DNA from: Camelus dromedarius
Taxonomy: Eukaryota
DNA length: 64,000 nt
Assembly: GCF_036321535.1 (NCBI RefSeq)
Contig: NC_087438.1
Location: forward strand, 5,768,001 to 5,832,000
Direction of reading: 5' to 3'
A program made the translations under genes and the position numbers. A model generated the notes under the pieces. The model ran no database searches and was not told where the DNA came from. It was given only the letters and a program-made list of their open reading frames with translations. Positions 12,141 through 25,600 of this stretch are shown here, in pieces (positions within the stretch are counted from its first letter, which is position 1; every line of letters begins with the position of its first letter).

Positions 12141-13922
12141 TCCCAACTATTGACTCACAAAATAAGTTAAACGTTAACTCCCACGTTCAATTACTGATGG
12201 GAGTCTAAAAATGATCAAAATTCAAATAATTTAAATGCCTCAAAATAGTAAAAAAAAAAAATGTCAAATATGTGGTGTTCCAGCGAGGCATTTACTACAG
12301 AAATAAATAAAAACAGCATCATAGAAATTCTGGTCCAAGATGTATACTAAATATACCTCTTCTTCTGCAAATTTCATTAAAGTGATAGTAAAGGGATTAC
12401 TAAAAGACACAAACCCAAAACAGTGAAGAGATCTGAAAGGGAGATTTGAGGGAACAAAATACTTGAACAAATGTCAGGAAAATGGAAGGTTGCAAAAAGA
12501 GAGGAAGAGGGGCAGTGTATGTTCATGTCAAACAAGTGACTCACACCTTATCAGACGCAATTTCTTTCCATAACACGTACTTTCAATACATCTATTACAC
12601 TGAAAGGAAATGTATAAAGAAGGTAAATGATTCATAGACAATTTTAAAAAAATCAGTATAATGCTCTAATTGTAGTTGAAAGCATGAAGTAAATCATGTA
12701 TAATCCATTACATAACTCAATTTTAAAATTCTCAGATACAACTATCCTGGAAGATAGTGAAACTGTCAGAGGTTAGCATCTTTATATGATAGTGTGAATC
12801 CATGAGCTCCAAATGCAGCATTCAGACAGGGATGGTGTTTTCTACTTACATACTGCAATGATTTTGCCTTTGATATTGGTATTTTCCAAAATGGTAAAAT
12901 TCTAAATTTATATTTCTTAAAAATTCATTATTTATTAAAACTATGTCTAAAATATGTTTACCATTTTTCCTTATAGGAACGCTGATGGCCAAATATACAA
13001 GATATCAACACCCTCAAAATTCTTAGGGGCAAGGTTTTTAATCTTAGATTCTAAATGTAGGAAAGCTATCACACAAGACAAGAATAAAAAATTTTTCAAA
13101 TATGTACTAATTTAGAGTAGTGTTTGCTTTCTCATGAAGTCACTTAAGGATGAACTCCAACAAAATAAGGGAGTAAATCCCTGAGAGAAAAATAAAGGAT
13201 TATCAGGAAATGATTGGTTTAGTATATTAAAAAAAAAAAAGCATAGAATATTTGCAATTTGAAAGACGAGCAGTTGACCTAGAAAGCAACCAACCAAATA
13301 AAAATCTAGAGTTTACCTCTCAGGAGACTGAAGGGAAGAAGGTGGGGGAGGGGGCACTCAATAGAAAAGACAGTACTGTTGAAAGTCTGGGGGACCAGGA
13401 GACAAATATTACAAGAGAAAAACAAGCAATTATAACTGAATGAAAAACATAAAGGTTTTCAAGAAACCTGTGTTTCCAATATGAATAAACTAGTCCATTT
13501 ACAATAGAAACTTTTTAAAAAGTTAGTATGTTTCCAAACAAAAGGGTAAAACTATAGGAAGTTAAAAAATACAAGGAATTAGCTGAAAATGACTTTTTTT
13601 CCTGTCAAAAAAAATTTGACGGCAAATGGTCACTTCAGTAAAAACAAAAGTACATCAAACTCAAAGCACAAAACTATATGAAATACAGCATAACTTCTAA
13701 GTAACTGCTGAAGTATAAGAAAATCTCAAATTGTTCTTCAGCTGGAGGATAGCGTGGACTGCCTCCTTGCCTGCATAAGTGTTGCTCTAAACCCTGCCTG
13801 CTCTGTGTTTACCGCAGCGGAAATCCCCTCTGCTGAAACCACATCCCAGGGCATTGTCTCTGGTATCTGGAGGCAGGGCCTCCACAATCACGGGGAAGTC
13901 AGTAGTCGAAGATTTGATCCTG

Positions 13923-14351
13923 CGCGATGGTTGATATTATGTGTCAGCTTGACTAGGCTGGGGAGCCTAGTTTTTTGGTCAAATGTTAGTCTGGATGTTG
14001 TTCTGTAGGTAGTTTATAGATGTGATTAACATTTAAAGTCAAGTGACTTAAGTGAAAGAGATTACCCTCATAATGTGGTGAGCCTCACCCAATCGGTTGC
14101 AGGCTTTAGTAGCAAAACCTGAAATTTCCTCTAAAAATGGGATTCTGACTCTAGGCTGTAACATAGAAATCTTGCCTGAGTTTCGTATTCTGGATCCTAT
14201 GGATTTCAGACTCAGGACTGCAGCAGCAACTTCTGCCCGAGTTTCCAGCTTACCAGCTGCCTTATGGCTGTGGACTAGCCAGCCTCCACAATCCCATGAG
14301 CCAATTCCTTAAAGTCAATCCTTATCTGAATACCACCCACCTACCTAATCA

Positions 14352-14390
<39 letters not shown>

Positions 14391-14430
14391 CCTCTTGGTT
14401 CTGTTTGTCTGGAGAATTTAAGCTGATATA
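13923..14430 (+). mobile_element. ERVL LTR, MLT2-type, with internal (TCTG)n(TCTA)n tract
   Basis: gatggttgatattatgtgtcagcttgactaggc start, gattaccctcataatgtgg, atgagccaattccttaaa, and ttggttctgtttgtctggagaa...tgatata end. Confidence 0.85.
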
Positions 14431-14748
14431 TTGTGTTTCCAGGATTACTCCCAGGACTTCACCTCATCTGGATTCAGAAAAGTGGCTTTTCCTTAGGTCT
14501 CAAGCTACTTGAGCCGAAGTCATACCTTCTGGCAAGTTGGTTACATGAGCCTTGAGGGGATCACAGATCTGAATCCAAAGAAATGGAAGTCTGTGTTCAT
14601 GGAACTGCTTTCCAGAGGATGTGAGATGTGCAGGAAGCAGGAAGAAGAGAGAGGCAACTGGTCCCCTTCCTCATCCCGCAGACTCCACTCCTGTGCCTCA
14701 AGGTAGCCCCCTTCCCAAGGCGCCCCTGCTTCTTGGTGGTCTTCTTAC

Positions 14749-14815
14749 CTGATGGCCAGTGGTTCTTCTTTTAGCGTTTGCTCTGGTAGCTCCTTTAGCA
14801 CACTTGCCCTTCTTA
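14749..14815 (-). CDS. Candidate internal exon (67 nt; frame xRRASVLKELPEQTLKEEPLAIx or KKGKCAKGATRANAKRRTTGHQ)
   Basis: Minus strand ctatcactctttgttactggcag|TAAGAAG...CATCAG|gtaaga: good acceptor, strong donor, two frames open. No homology recognised. Confidence 0.25.
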
Positions 14816-15883
14816 CTGCCAGTAACAAAGAGTGATAGCATATACTTTGAAGATTTTTAAAAAATTTCCTTTATAAACTTGACTAGCCTGGCTCATAATC
14901 CACTAGTTATCCCTGGGAAGTTTGGATAACTGGAATCTGAAAGACAAAGGAAAATTTAGGTGTCTTTTTACTTATTCTGTCTTAGTTCTGCCAAGTATAT
15001 GATATTAACCATTTCTTCCATTTTATTTCTAAATTTTTGAGATCTATATCAAAAAAGACAAAGTATATGACCTGGTTTGTTTGTTTGCTTATTTTGTGCA
15101 AGTAGGCTGGAATTTGTACCTTCATATTCCATTAGGAATCAAGAGGCGAAGTAGCTTATTTTTTATTTGGTGCTGTTGAAATTTTTCTTTCTAGATTGAC
15201 TTCCTCCATCCGATGAGTCTCTACCCACGGTCTCATCAAGATAAACCTGAACTCGCTCTATTCTCTGCAGTTCCTTCACAGGGACACTAAGAAAAAGCAA
15301 TGTGTTTCCCAGGAATGAAGGAGAGAGGCGTTACCAAGGAAACCAAACTCTTAACAGGCAGGAGATCGAGGAGAAAACCACGACAAACCCTAAACAGGAG
15401 GCAGATAACTGCAACTACACAGCATCAGCAAGACGAACATTAGTGCATGAGCTTCTCCTCTTGTCACACAAATCTCAGGCCTGTTACCAACAGGGCTACA
15501 ATTATTTTTGAATTCAAATCCCTTTAGTCTGTGTTGGATTAAAATGATCTGCCTCATGGACCACTTGTGAGTGGGGAGGATGACACTTGCAGAAAAGCCC
15601 TAGAAAGCCCTTGATTCTAGACAATGTTTCCAGTGGTATAATCTCTCTTGTGTCCCACACCCATTTTCTTTATACCCTGAAGATTCCCCCAGGGCATCAC
15701 TGCAGAAATTCCAATACTCCCACGTTGAAGAAGGTGTTAGCCTGACTTTCTGCTTGATTGTGGCACACAGATTAGAAAAGCAGGGAGTAGTTAGCATCAT
15801 GGATGCTAAAGGCAGGAAATGCAGCTGCATGGTTTTATTTTCATCTGATGCAGCTTTCAGGAAAGCTTAAATAGATATATGGG

Positions 15884-16057
15884 CATTAGTCCTCAAACTG
15901 TAGTGGGCACAAATTTAGAGGGCTTGTTAAAAGTATAATTTCAGGAACTGTCCCCTGAATTTCTGATTGAGTAGGTCTGGGTGGGGTCTGGGAATTCTAG
16001 CTGGTTCCAAGGTGGTGCTCACGCTGCTGGTCTACAGACAACATGCTAGAACCACTG
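15884..16057. mobile_element. MER5A-like hAT-Charlie DNA transposon remnant
   Basis: ctcaaactgtagtgggca...agggcttgttaaaa...ttctgattgagtaggtctgggtgggg...gaaccactg. Confidence 0.8.
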
Positions 16058-17894
16058 GTTTAGGGAAAAGCAAGCATTCAATTACATGCTATTCCTTTCA
16101 TGGGTCACAAAAGAAAAGGTCCTATTCTTTATATAGGGAACAATATTAGTGCCTCTCTCTCCAGATCTTTTTCAATCAGTTTCAGGATTATTTAAGAGCT
16201 AACAGAAATTATAAGACCGACGCTAACGAGAGGTTGTCATTCTCCTGTTAACAGCTTTTTGTTCCTTATTCTAGATTCCAGCTGGGAAGACAGCAGCGTT
16301 CAGGCTTCTCATTTCTCTCTGAGCTCTGCTTGAGCGTGGCCTGCTGTAACACGGTGACATCGCCACTGGGAGGTTGCACTACTCTTATTCCTTCTATTTC
16401 CGGAAAGAGGAAAAAGTCAATGACTTATTTTTCTTTCTTTCATTTATTTTTTTCTGAAATCAGCTTATATGTTGTTTTTTTCCCCCAGAGAATAGTTCTG
16501 TTTGTATAAAATGCTTTTCATCATTCCCATTAGTGCAGCTTTCAGTTTTCTCTAAAAGTGATCAACTTATTCAAACATTCTGTCTATTGTGTTTGAGATA
16601 ATAAGGAAAAAACCCCACCAATTTGTTCCATTAAAGATGGTAGCATGTTATTGAAGAACAAATGTGATGGGGACATTAGAATAATTGGGGTGTGAAGCCA
16701 ATTCTGCCGCAATGAAAAGCCCTATCATTTGACAGATCACTGCATCTCTCTGACTGTCCCACTGATGTTCCACTGAAAAACATGAGTACAGTGAGATGAT
16801 TGTATAAGTACTCAAAATCTCTTTAAAAGTCTAACTATTATGTAAGATTTGAAATGGCTACTAATAAATATAATGAATTATGTAAATAAAGACATTGTAA
16901 TTTGCAATGGCTCTAGGTTACATAATGATAAATTATAACCTTAAGAGACATTTAACATACAATAAATTATATTGAAGTTATCCTTATTTCCAGAACTTGC
17001 ATACTAAAATTACTCATTTTCAGTTTTAATACATTTCATTCTAAGGCCCTGAAAATCTACCTAAAGAAAAAACTTCAACCTGAATTTTAAATGAATTCAC
17101 AGGTAATTTAAGTGCTGCAAGATTGCTAGTCATAGGCTCTAACAGGAAGCTTTCTACACTGTAACAAAGGTAGCAGTTTAGTAGATGTTTTGAATTTGGT
17201 TGGATGCATTTCAGGCTGAATCTGTCAGTAATACTGATCACCATTTCTCCGTTATAGTTAAATAATTTATTAAAAACATAGGAATTTTGTTATCTGGAAG
17301 TAGAGTTTATACAGTAAAAATGTCATTTTCTTGAGGTAAAATGCAATTTAACCTTTAATGTATCTTAAAAATATTTTTAAAATAGAATTTTATTACTAAT
17401 TTTCAAAATCATGTTCTTAAGAGCACATTAAGTGTAGAAATCTACATAAAGTAGAAGAAAGACACAGTATTTCCAAAGCCTATAATCTCAATGCAGTTTT
17501 AGTTGCACATAGCTCACCATATGCTGGCTACATAAACACATAAACAACATTCAGAAAAAGAGATAATTTGCTTATTTTCCTCCAAAAGTCTCCAGCAATA
17601 GGTAGTCAAGTTGGATTACTTACTAAGCTTTGAGTTCATGGTCTAGAAAGTTAAGAAATTGTTGCATTTGCCATTTGGTTATCATTTTCTCTTTCCCTGA
17701 ACTCATGTAATCACTCTATCCAATACTCATTTATTATTTGCATGTCTGATAAAGAATATGCCACTCTTTTATAAGTATTATTACATTTGCATTGTCAAAA
17801 TGATCCAAGTACTTCCGTTTGGATAATAGATCATATCTTTTCATGATGGAAAATAAAAATAATGAAAAATTTTCCTTGGTAGTATAAAGTCTGA

Positions 17895-18050
17895 AAACCT
17901 TTCATATTGTCCAACTCCGTCATTTTAATAAATGATGTAAACTTGGGTTCCTATAAATGAAATGCCTTCTGGAATATCCTACAATGAGAGAGCTAAGAAC
18001 CGCAGATTTCCTGATGTGACACCCTAAGTTCTTAACCCTGTATTCCCTAG
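17895..18050 (-). mobile_element. MIR/MIR3 fragment
   Basis: gtccaactccgtcattttaataaatgatgtaaact... degenerate MIR core. Confidence 0.45.
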
Positions 18051-18079
18051 AAGAAATAAAACCAAATTTCATTATAAAC

Positions 18080-18250
18080 ATGCCTGGGAACTGAGGATCT
18101 GTCTCAGATTGCCAGAGGAGACTAAAAAGACATAATAACGGAATGCATCATAGACCCTAGACAAGATCTTGGACCAGAAAATGGACATTAGTTGTCATAA
18201 TTTGAATAATATGTGGAGATAAGTTCACAGTATTGTATCAGTTAGCCCTA
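18080..18250 (+). mobile_element. Old L1 (L1MC/ME-type) 3'UTR fragment
   Basis: cagattgccagaggagactaaaaagacataataacggaatgca...gatcttggaccagaaaatggacattag. Confidence 0.6.
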
Positions 18251-19429
18251 TTTTTTAATGATGCAACTCATTTAAAATAGATTAAAATATTAAAATTAAA
18301 ATATCAATTCTTCCTTAGCTATCATTTCATAAAGCTTCAGCCAGTAACTTAAAATATTGCAATAGTATTGGCTTAAACCTCTATAACGTAAAATTTACCC
18401 AAATTTGTTATAAGGGTAGAATGATTTATGGGGTACTGTTACTTTCCTCACATGAGAAATGACACCCCGCCCTCCCCTTCCAATAAAGATTTTCTATGAT
18501 TCCATTCACCTAAAATCACGGTAGAATTCTTTGAAGAAAGTCCGTGTTCTGAGATAAAGCACAGGCACTCTTGACAGGCCTGACCTGGCTGGTCTTAATA
18601 ATGTCGGAATTTGCTAGGAAATAGTTTAATCTACCCCAGATTCTCTGCTCATTTTATCGTGTACTTTTTTTGAGGATTCATCTCCATTAATTATTAACTT
18701 GGAATTACCTAAGCAATACTATCTTAGTAGTTCTGCTAATTGTTCATGTGCTTTAAAAACAGGAATCAACACTTCCCTTTTGAATATTTAAAAAACTTCT
18801 TTAGCCAGGTTCCTAGCACAATTCAGTTAGTTTTATCTGCTGGCAAAAATAGAGATACTGTGCCAAAGGCATTACTGTAGAAGTAGTCAAACCTGCAAGT
18901 AAAGCATGTTTCAGTAAAGCAGTGGACCAAATGAATGCCCAGAGTCATGATGTATTTATTTCAACTCAGAGCAATTGCGCCAATCTGCCTTCTGGTCGGC
19001 ATCAGCTGGGGCCACAGGCTCACAGGGACCCTTCTATGGCTGTATGCCTCCTAGAGATGGTTTCAGACCCTGATCTGTGTCGGAGTCTATTTCAGGAGTT
19101 CCTGGATCCACCTGGGAATTTCAACGTTTATAAAATAGGTTGTTATCTCCTTCTGTACTAGGAACTATTAAAGACATTTTCCCTTATATCTAGAATTCTA
19201 ATTTGTGTCAGTATTTTTTTTTCTCCTTGAAACTAACTTTGTATGAATTTTATTTAAAAACATCAGTGGCATTTTGAAATGTAGAATTACTGTATAGCAG
19301 GTACGGATTTTAGTTTCATATGTTACGTACTGTTGCTTAGTTCTAGAATCCAGGGCAACCTGATGTTAGCCAGAAGTTCCTCTTCACTCTGTTGTAAAAT
19401 TGTTCCAATGTTTATTGCTTAACGACTGA

Positions 19430-19610
19430 GCGGCGGTTGAGATGTGGCGGGGCAGACTGAACTTCGGAGCCACGCCCACCTAACTTTTAATCACACGTTT
19501 GCTGCGTATACCTTGGCAAGTCATTTATATCACTAGTTCTCAATTTTACCACCTTCAAAACCCAAATGAATCTTACCTCACAAGACTTGTGAAGGATGTG
19601 TGAAATAAGA
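19430..19610 (+). mobile_element. MIR SINE
   Basis: accttggcaagtcattt...tctcaatttt...cttacctcacaagacttgtgaaggat. Confidence 0.55.
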
Positions 19611-20451
19611 AGGATTTGGAACTTCAAGTGTGTGCTCACCACATGCAAATTTCCATGCCCTACGGATACATTTAACAGAATTCAGCTTGGAGAATCCCCA
19701 ATCTTTCATTCTCTCACTAAGTATTTATTCAGATTTCAGTTCTGTGAAAACATGTCAGTTGCATGATTCCTCAAACTTGCTTGAGTTATTCTTAAATCTT
19801 ATGGCCTTTATATCATTCCTATATTTACAAATCGACAGATTTTGGTAGGTCCTGTCGGTTCCCTGCCCAACAGACATCTCCATCTCAGTGTCATTTAAAA
19901 AGGCCCTACATTAAGGGGTAAGAGGTCCACACGGGGGCATGAGGGAAGGCTTGCTTCCATGAAGGCAGGCAGATCCCTTTCAGGGAACATCTCTAGAGAG
20001 ACACTAGACTGAAATATACAGTCACAGTCCCTGAGACAAGAGGGTCAAGAAGACTGTAAAGGCACCTATGACACCTCTGATAAGTATCTATCATCTCACT
20101 CAGTCCTTATAAAAGCCCTAAAAAGGGAGGTATAGCTGTGCTGCTAATTATGAATTCCTTTACATTGAAACTTAGAAACAGAGACCTTAGCCATACAGTC
20201 AAATACCTTCTTCTAATGAAGAAATGATAATTATACAGCAAGCTATTTCCTTTGTCAAATAAGCGAATATTATTTTTGCTTTATACAGTATTACTTAGTA
20301 ACTGGGTTTATTATTCTGTCCAGACATGTCACCTTCTTTAAAGAATTTAAGGTCTCTGGAAATAGAGTCTTAGTTACTTGAAGAATTTAACCGTTAAATA
20401 ACTTAGTCATATATCTGACCTTATGGTAAAACTATACATACCTAGAACTCA

Positions 20452-20483
20452 AAAAAAAAAAAAAAAAAAAAAAAAGAGAGAGA
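20452..20483 (+). repeat. Poly-A run followed by short (GA)n
   Basis: Directly visible run of about 24 A followed by gagagaga. Confidence 0.9.
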
Positions 20484-21159
20484 AAAGGCCAAAAAATTGC
20501 CCTCTGAATTGCCATCAGAAGTCACTAAAGATATGTCATAAAACCCAATAATATTTTTCATTAACCTTGGGATTCAATTCTGCTTTGACCCTAAACCTCC
20601 AGATTCTGTGACATGCAAGCCTACGGTGGCTAGAGGGGAAAAAACCAAAAACAAAAAACAGAAGGTAAGGGAGAGACTGTTTAAGGAAACCCGTTCCTGC
20701 TCACAGCTCAATAGCAACGGCAAAGGAAGAAACGTAATAGAAGGCAAAACCAAGAGCTCAAAAAGCATAACATTTCGGACCAGTTGATACAGGGACAAAG
20801 ACACTCGTACTTAAACAAGACTTGATGGTATGATGAGTCACAGGGCTAGCCTGGAAACCTGTTCTATAATAGACTGCATTTGAAAGCAGTGGATTGATAA
20901 TATATTTTGAATTATTTTCATTTTAAATGACTTAGACTGAAAAATGATGATGTGGAGTTAAAAGTAAACTTTGAAATTTGACCTGTTATATGTTGTACAA
21001 ATTCACACAATTAAAAAAATGCTTTATTGTCATCACTTGGGTTTTTGGATATGTAAGAAGGGATTTCTCTACCTCATGCCAATTCTTAAAATTTATTTGT
21101 CTTTCTCTACCCAAAACTCTCAACAAATCTGGAGGGAGGTAAAAAGTAAAGATGCTGCT

Positions 21160-21340
21160 GCTTGACGTCCTGGGTTTACAGCGCCTGCACCAGGTCTAGA
21201 GTGAAAACAAGTGATGCGCTACGACCCCGGGCTACAGGGCGTCATACCGGGCCTTAAATCCCGGCAGCGGAGGCCACGCGTGCCTCATTCTCTGCCTAGC
21301 ACTTCGCACAGACCAACTCCAGCCCCTACACATACGCTGC
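21160..21340. promoter_or_regulatory. Small CpG-rich patch with CRE-like motif; possible promoter/enhancer
   Basis: 13 CpG in about 175 bp in an otherwise CpG-depleted window; TGACGTC at 21163-21169 and CGTCA at 21240-21244. Confidence 0.35.
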
Positions 21341-22429
21341 TGGACTAGCCCTCAGAGGATGCATTCTGATCATTCATGATGGATCAGTCTGTGGCTGTGA
21401 TAGAAGGGCTATAAAGACAAGAGAGAGAAGAGCTCTGAAGAATATATGATATATCCTGGAATATAGTGGTAGAAGCTGCTGTGGGCCTACAGTGCTGCCA
21501 GCTGGGTAGTTACTCAAGGAGTCAGCAAAGAAGGAGGGAAAGCTCCATTGGCTGAAAACGAACTTTAAAAGCCCTGAAGTGGCTTTACTTACCAGGATGC
21601 TTTTCAAATTCTCCTTCTGATTGCTCTTTTTTCAATTTTTTTTTCCAGGTTTGGTGTCATTCTGAATGAATGTTTGCTTTTTTCCTTTCTTTCTTTTCCT
21701 TAACCTGCACTTACTTGATTGAGGAATGATGTCAAGTCTGATAAAAAAAATAAACTTTTATAGTTATATCAATGGACATAGACCTAAGAATACACTCCTT
21801 CCTGAATGGAGGTTCACACCCAGAGCACAGATCCAACAATTTCAAGGAAAACCAAACCAAGCTTTACAGGTACTTCCCCCAGCCACCCTTAGACCTTACA
21901 GTTTTTATTTCATTATATTGTGACATTGCTGCCTTTTTATTTCTAAGCCTTAAAATACAGGTAACAATCTTCTCACCTGTGAATAACTCAGAGTGAAAGA
22001 ATTAATGAGAATTTATTAAGAGTAAAGAAAATGGGAGTAAATAAGTTCTCAGGCAAAAGTGTAAGTGCATCCTTCTCCGGCCCATCTGCGGTATCTCACT
22101 GACAGAAACAGTGCCCCTTTGACTTCTCCTCCATGTCTCCCAACACCCCTCCCAACTTCGTATCTTCTGTTGCTTTAGGATAACTGTGTAAACGGTTTTC
22201 ACCCAGGAGATATATTCCTTCCGGGCTGAAATAGTTAAGAACAGGCCTGTTTTCTCCACGCTCTCTTCCCCGACCCCCAGCTACATGTCAGTGCCCACAG
22301 GGGTTTTAGGAGACACATACTGATGATATCCCGTGAGCCTGGGTCCTCCAGCCCATTCCCTTCTGGTCGCACCAGGCATCAGTAGCACCCACATGGGGCT
22401 GTTCCAGGAGCTAAAAAACACCTAAAAAT

Positions 22430-22665
22430 ATCTTCTTAGTATGTTTAGTATCTGTAGGATGCAGAGTGATGTCTTCTTCTTCCTTACTGGAGTTAGTAAT
22501 TTCTGCCTTCTCTTTCCCTTTGTTTTTTTCTTGATGGGTTTCACCAGGAATTGATCAATATTGTTAGCCTTTTCAAAGAATTGATTTGTGTGCTTCACTG
22601 ATTCTATCTTGTTTTGTATTTTATTAGTTTATATGTTTTTTTCTTTCATTCACTTTCACATTTTC
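22430..22665 (-). mobile_element. Older L1 ORF2 fragment
   Basis: atctgtaggatgcagagtgatgtc...gccttttcaaagaattgattt, an antisense L1 ORF2 pattern. Confidence 0.55.
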
Positions 22666-22667
22666 TA

Positions 22668-25600
22668 TTTTTTAACTGAAATATAATTGAGATAACATTG
22701 CATTAGTTTCACGTGTATGATTCAATATTTGTTTATATTGCAAAATGATCACCACAATAAGTTCAGTTAACATCTGTCACCACACATAATTATAAAAAGA
22801 TTATGTGTGTGCAATGAGAACTTTCAAGATCCAATCCCCTAGCTACTTTAGCTACTGTCAAATACGCAATAGAGGATTAACTATAGTTACCACACTCTAT
22901 ACAACATCCCTATGATTTATTCATTTTATGGCTGGAACCTTGTGCCCTTTGACTCCCTTCACCCATTTCACTCCCTACTGCCCACGTACCTGCCTCAGGC
23001 AAACACCGATCTATTTTCTATATCCATGAGCTCAGTTTTTTTTTTTAGATTCCACATATAACCGAGATCATACAATATTTATCTTTTTCTGTCTGACTTA
23101 TTTTACTTAGAATAATACCCTCAAGGTCCATACATGCTGTCGAAAATGGCAAGATTCCATTATTTTTATGGCTAATGGCATACTGTATGTATAACACATC
23201 TCCGTTATCTGTTCACCCGTTAATGGACATTTAGGTTGCTTCCACATCTTGTCTATTATAAACAATGCTTTAATGCACATGGGGTGCATATATCTTTTTG
23301 AGTTTGTGTTTAAGTTTTCTTTGAATAAATACCCAGAAGTAAAATTGCTAGATCATATAGTAGTTCTATTTTTAATTTTTAAATGAATTTCCATAACATT
23401 TTCCATAGTATCTGCACCAAATTACATTCCCACTAACAGCACACAGTGGTTTTCTTTTTTCCACATCCCACTAACACTTGTTATTTCTTGTCATTTTGGT
23501 ATTAGTCATTCTAGCAGGTGTGAAGTGATATCTCACTGTGGTTTTGATTTGCATTTCTGTGAAAATTAGTGACGCTGAGCAACCTTTTAGTACCTGTTGG
23601 CCATCTGTATGTCTCATTTTAAAAATCAGATTGTTAGGGTTTTTTTGCCATTGAGTTGTATGAGTTCTTTATTTTGGATATTAACCCACTATCAGAAATA
23701 TGATTTGCAAATATTTTCTCCCATTTGATGGGTTGCCTTTTCTTTTTTGTTTATGGTTTCCTTTGCTATGCAGGGTATTTTTAGTTTGATATAGTCCCAC
23801 TTGCTTATTTTTACTTTTTTTCACCTTTGATTTTGGTGTCTAATCCAAAAAGTCATTGCCAAGACCGATGTCAAGGAGCTTACTATGTTTTCTTTTAGGA
23901 TTTTTATGGTTTCATCTCTTACATTTAAGTCCTTAGTCCCATTTTGAGTTAATTTTTGTGTGTTGTGTAAGACTGTGGTCCAGTTTCATTCTTTTGCATG
24001 TGGCAATCCTATTTTCCCAACACTATTTATTGCAAAGACTATCCTTTCCCCAGTGTATTTATATTTTCTTGGCTCCTTTGTTGTAAATTAATTGTCTGTA
24101 TATGTTTGGGTTTATTTCTAGGAACTCTGCTCTGTCCCGTTAATCTATGTGTCTGTTTTTGTGCCAACACCGTCCTGTCTTGATTACTATAGCTTTGTCA
24201 TACAGTTTGAAATCAGGGAGTGTGATGCCTCCAGCTTAGTTCTTCCTCAAACTTGCTTAGTCCACTTGGGGTCTTTTCTAATTCCATGCAAATTTTAGGA
24301 TTGCTTTTATATTTCTGTGAAAATTGCCATTAGGAATTTGATAGAGATTGCATTAGATCTGTCGATTGATTTGGGAAGTATGGACATTTAAACAATATTA
24401 ATTCTTCCAATCCATGAGCATGGAATACTTTTTTCATTTGTGTCTTCTTCATAAATGTCTTATAGTTTTCAGTGTACAGATATATTACTTTCCTGGTTAG
24501 ATTTATTTATAGGTGCTTTATTCTTTCTGAAGCATTTGTAAATGGGGTTTCTTTCTTAATTTGTTTTTCTGATAGTTCACTATTACTGTTTAGAAATATA
24601 ACAAATTTTTGTATAATAATTTTGTGTCTTGCCACTTTACTGAATTCATTTATTAGTTCTAGCAGATGTTTTGGTGGCATCTTTAGTGTTTTCCACGTAT
24701 AACATTATGCTGTCTGCAAAGAGTGGCAGTTTTATGGCTTCCTTTCCAATTTGGATGCCTTTTGTATCTTTTTCCTGACTAATTGCTCTGGTTAGTACTT
24801 CTAATGCTACATTGAATAAAACTTGTGAGAGTAGGCATCTTTGACTTGTCCCTGATCTTGGAGAAAAAGCTTTTAGCTTTTTAACATTGAGTATGATAGT
24901 ATCTGTGAGCTTGTCATACATGACCTTTATTATTTCGGCATCTGTTTCTTCTATATCCTATATGTGTTAATATGTGTGTTAATATGTGTTAATAGCTTTA
25001 TCATAAATGGATGTTCAATTTTGTCAAATGCTCATTCTGAATCTATTGAGATGAGTATATGATTATTTATCTTTTGTTAATGTGCCATGTCATATTAATT
25101 GGTAGATATTGAACCATCTTTTCATCCCTGGAAAAATCCAAATTGATCATGGTGTATGATTCTTCAAATGCATTGTTGAATTTAGTTTGCTAATATTTTG
25201 TTCATCAGGGATATTGGCCTGTAATTTTCTTTTCTTATTGTGTCCTTGTCTGATTTTGGTATCAGGGAAATGCTGGCCTCATAAATGAGCTTGGAAGTGT
25301 TCTCTCTTCTTCTATTTTTTTGTAAGACTTTGAGAAGGATTGGTATTGACTCCTTTTTGAATGTTTGGCAGAAATTACCAGTGAAGCTGTCTGGTCCTGG
25401 ACTTTTTTTGTTGGGAGGTTTTTAATTCCTGATTTAATCTCCTTACTAGCAATTGAGCTGGTCAGATTTTCTATTTATTCATGATTTAGTCTTGGTAGTT
25501 TGTATGTTTCTAGGAATTTATCTGTTTCTTCTAAGCTGTCCAATTTTTTGACATTTAATTTTTAACAGTAATCTTTTATGATCCTTTGTATTTGTGTGAT

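Noticed and set aside
16368..16380. CTCF-like motif (gccactgggagg); a similar one at about 58329-58343
   Set aside because: Mismatches at key core positions; not distinguishable from background without ChIP data.
21715..21737. Minus-strand microexon-like signal (ttttttatcag|23 nt|gtaagt)
   Set aside because: Only 23 nt, not frame-preserving, and no supporting context.
24646..24921. Reverse-transcriptase-like ORF as an active or domesticated RT
   Set aside because: Fragment of a decayed L1; the catalytic FADD motif reads FADS and neighbouring frames are broken.
24960..24995. Short tandem repeat (tatgtgttaa)x3
   Set aside because: Local slippage inside an L1; no unique spacers, so not an array of CRISPR type.
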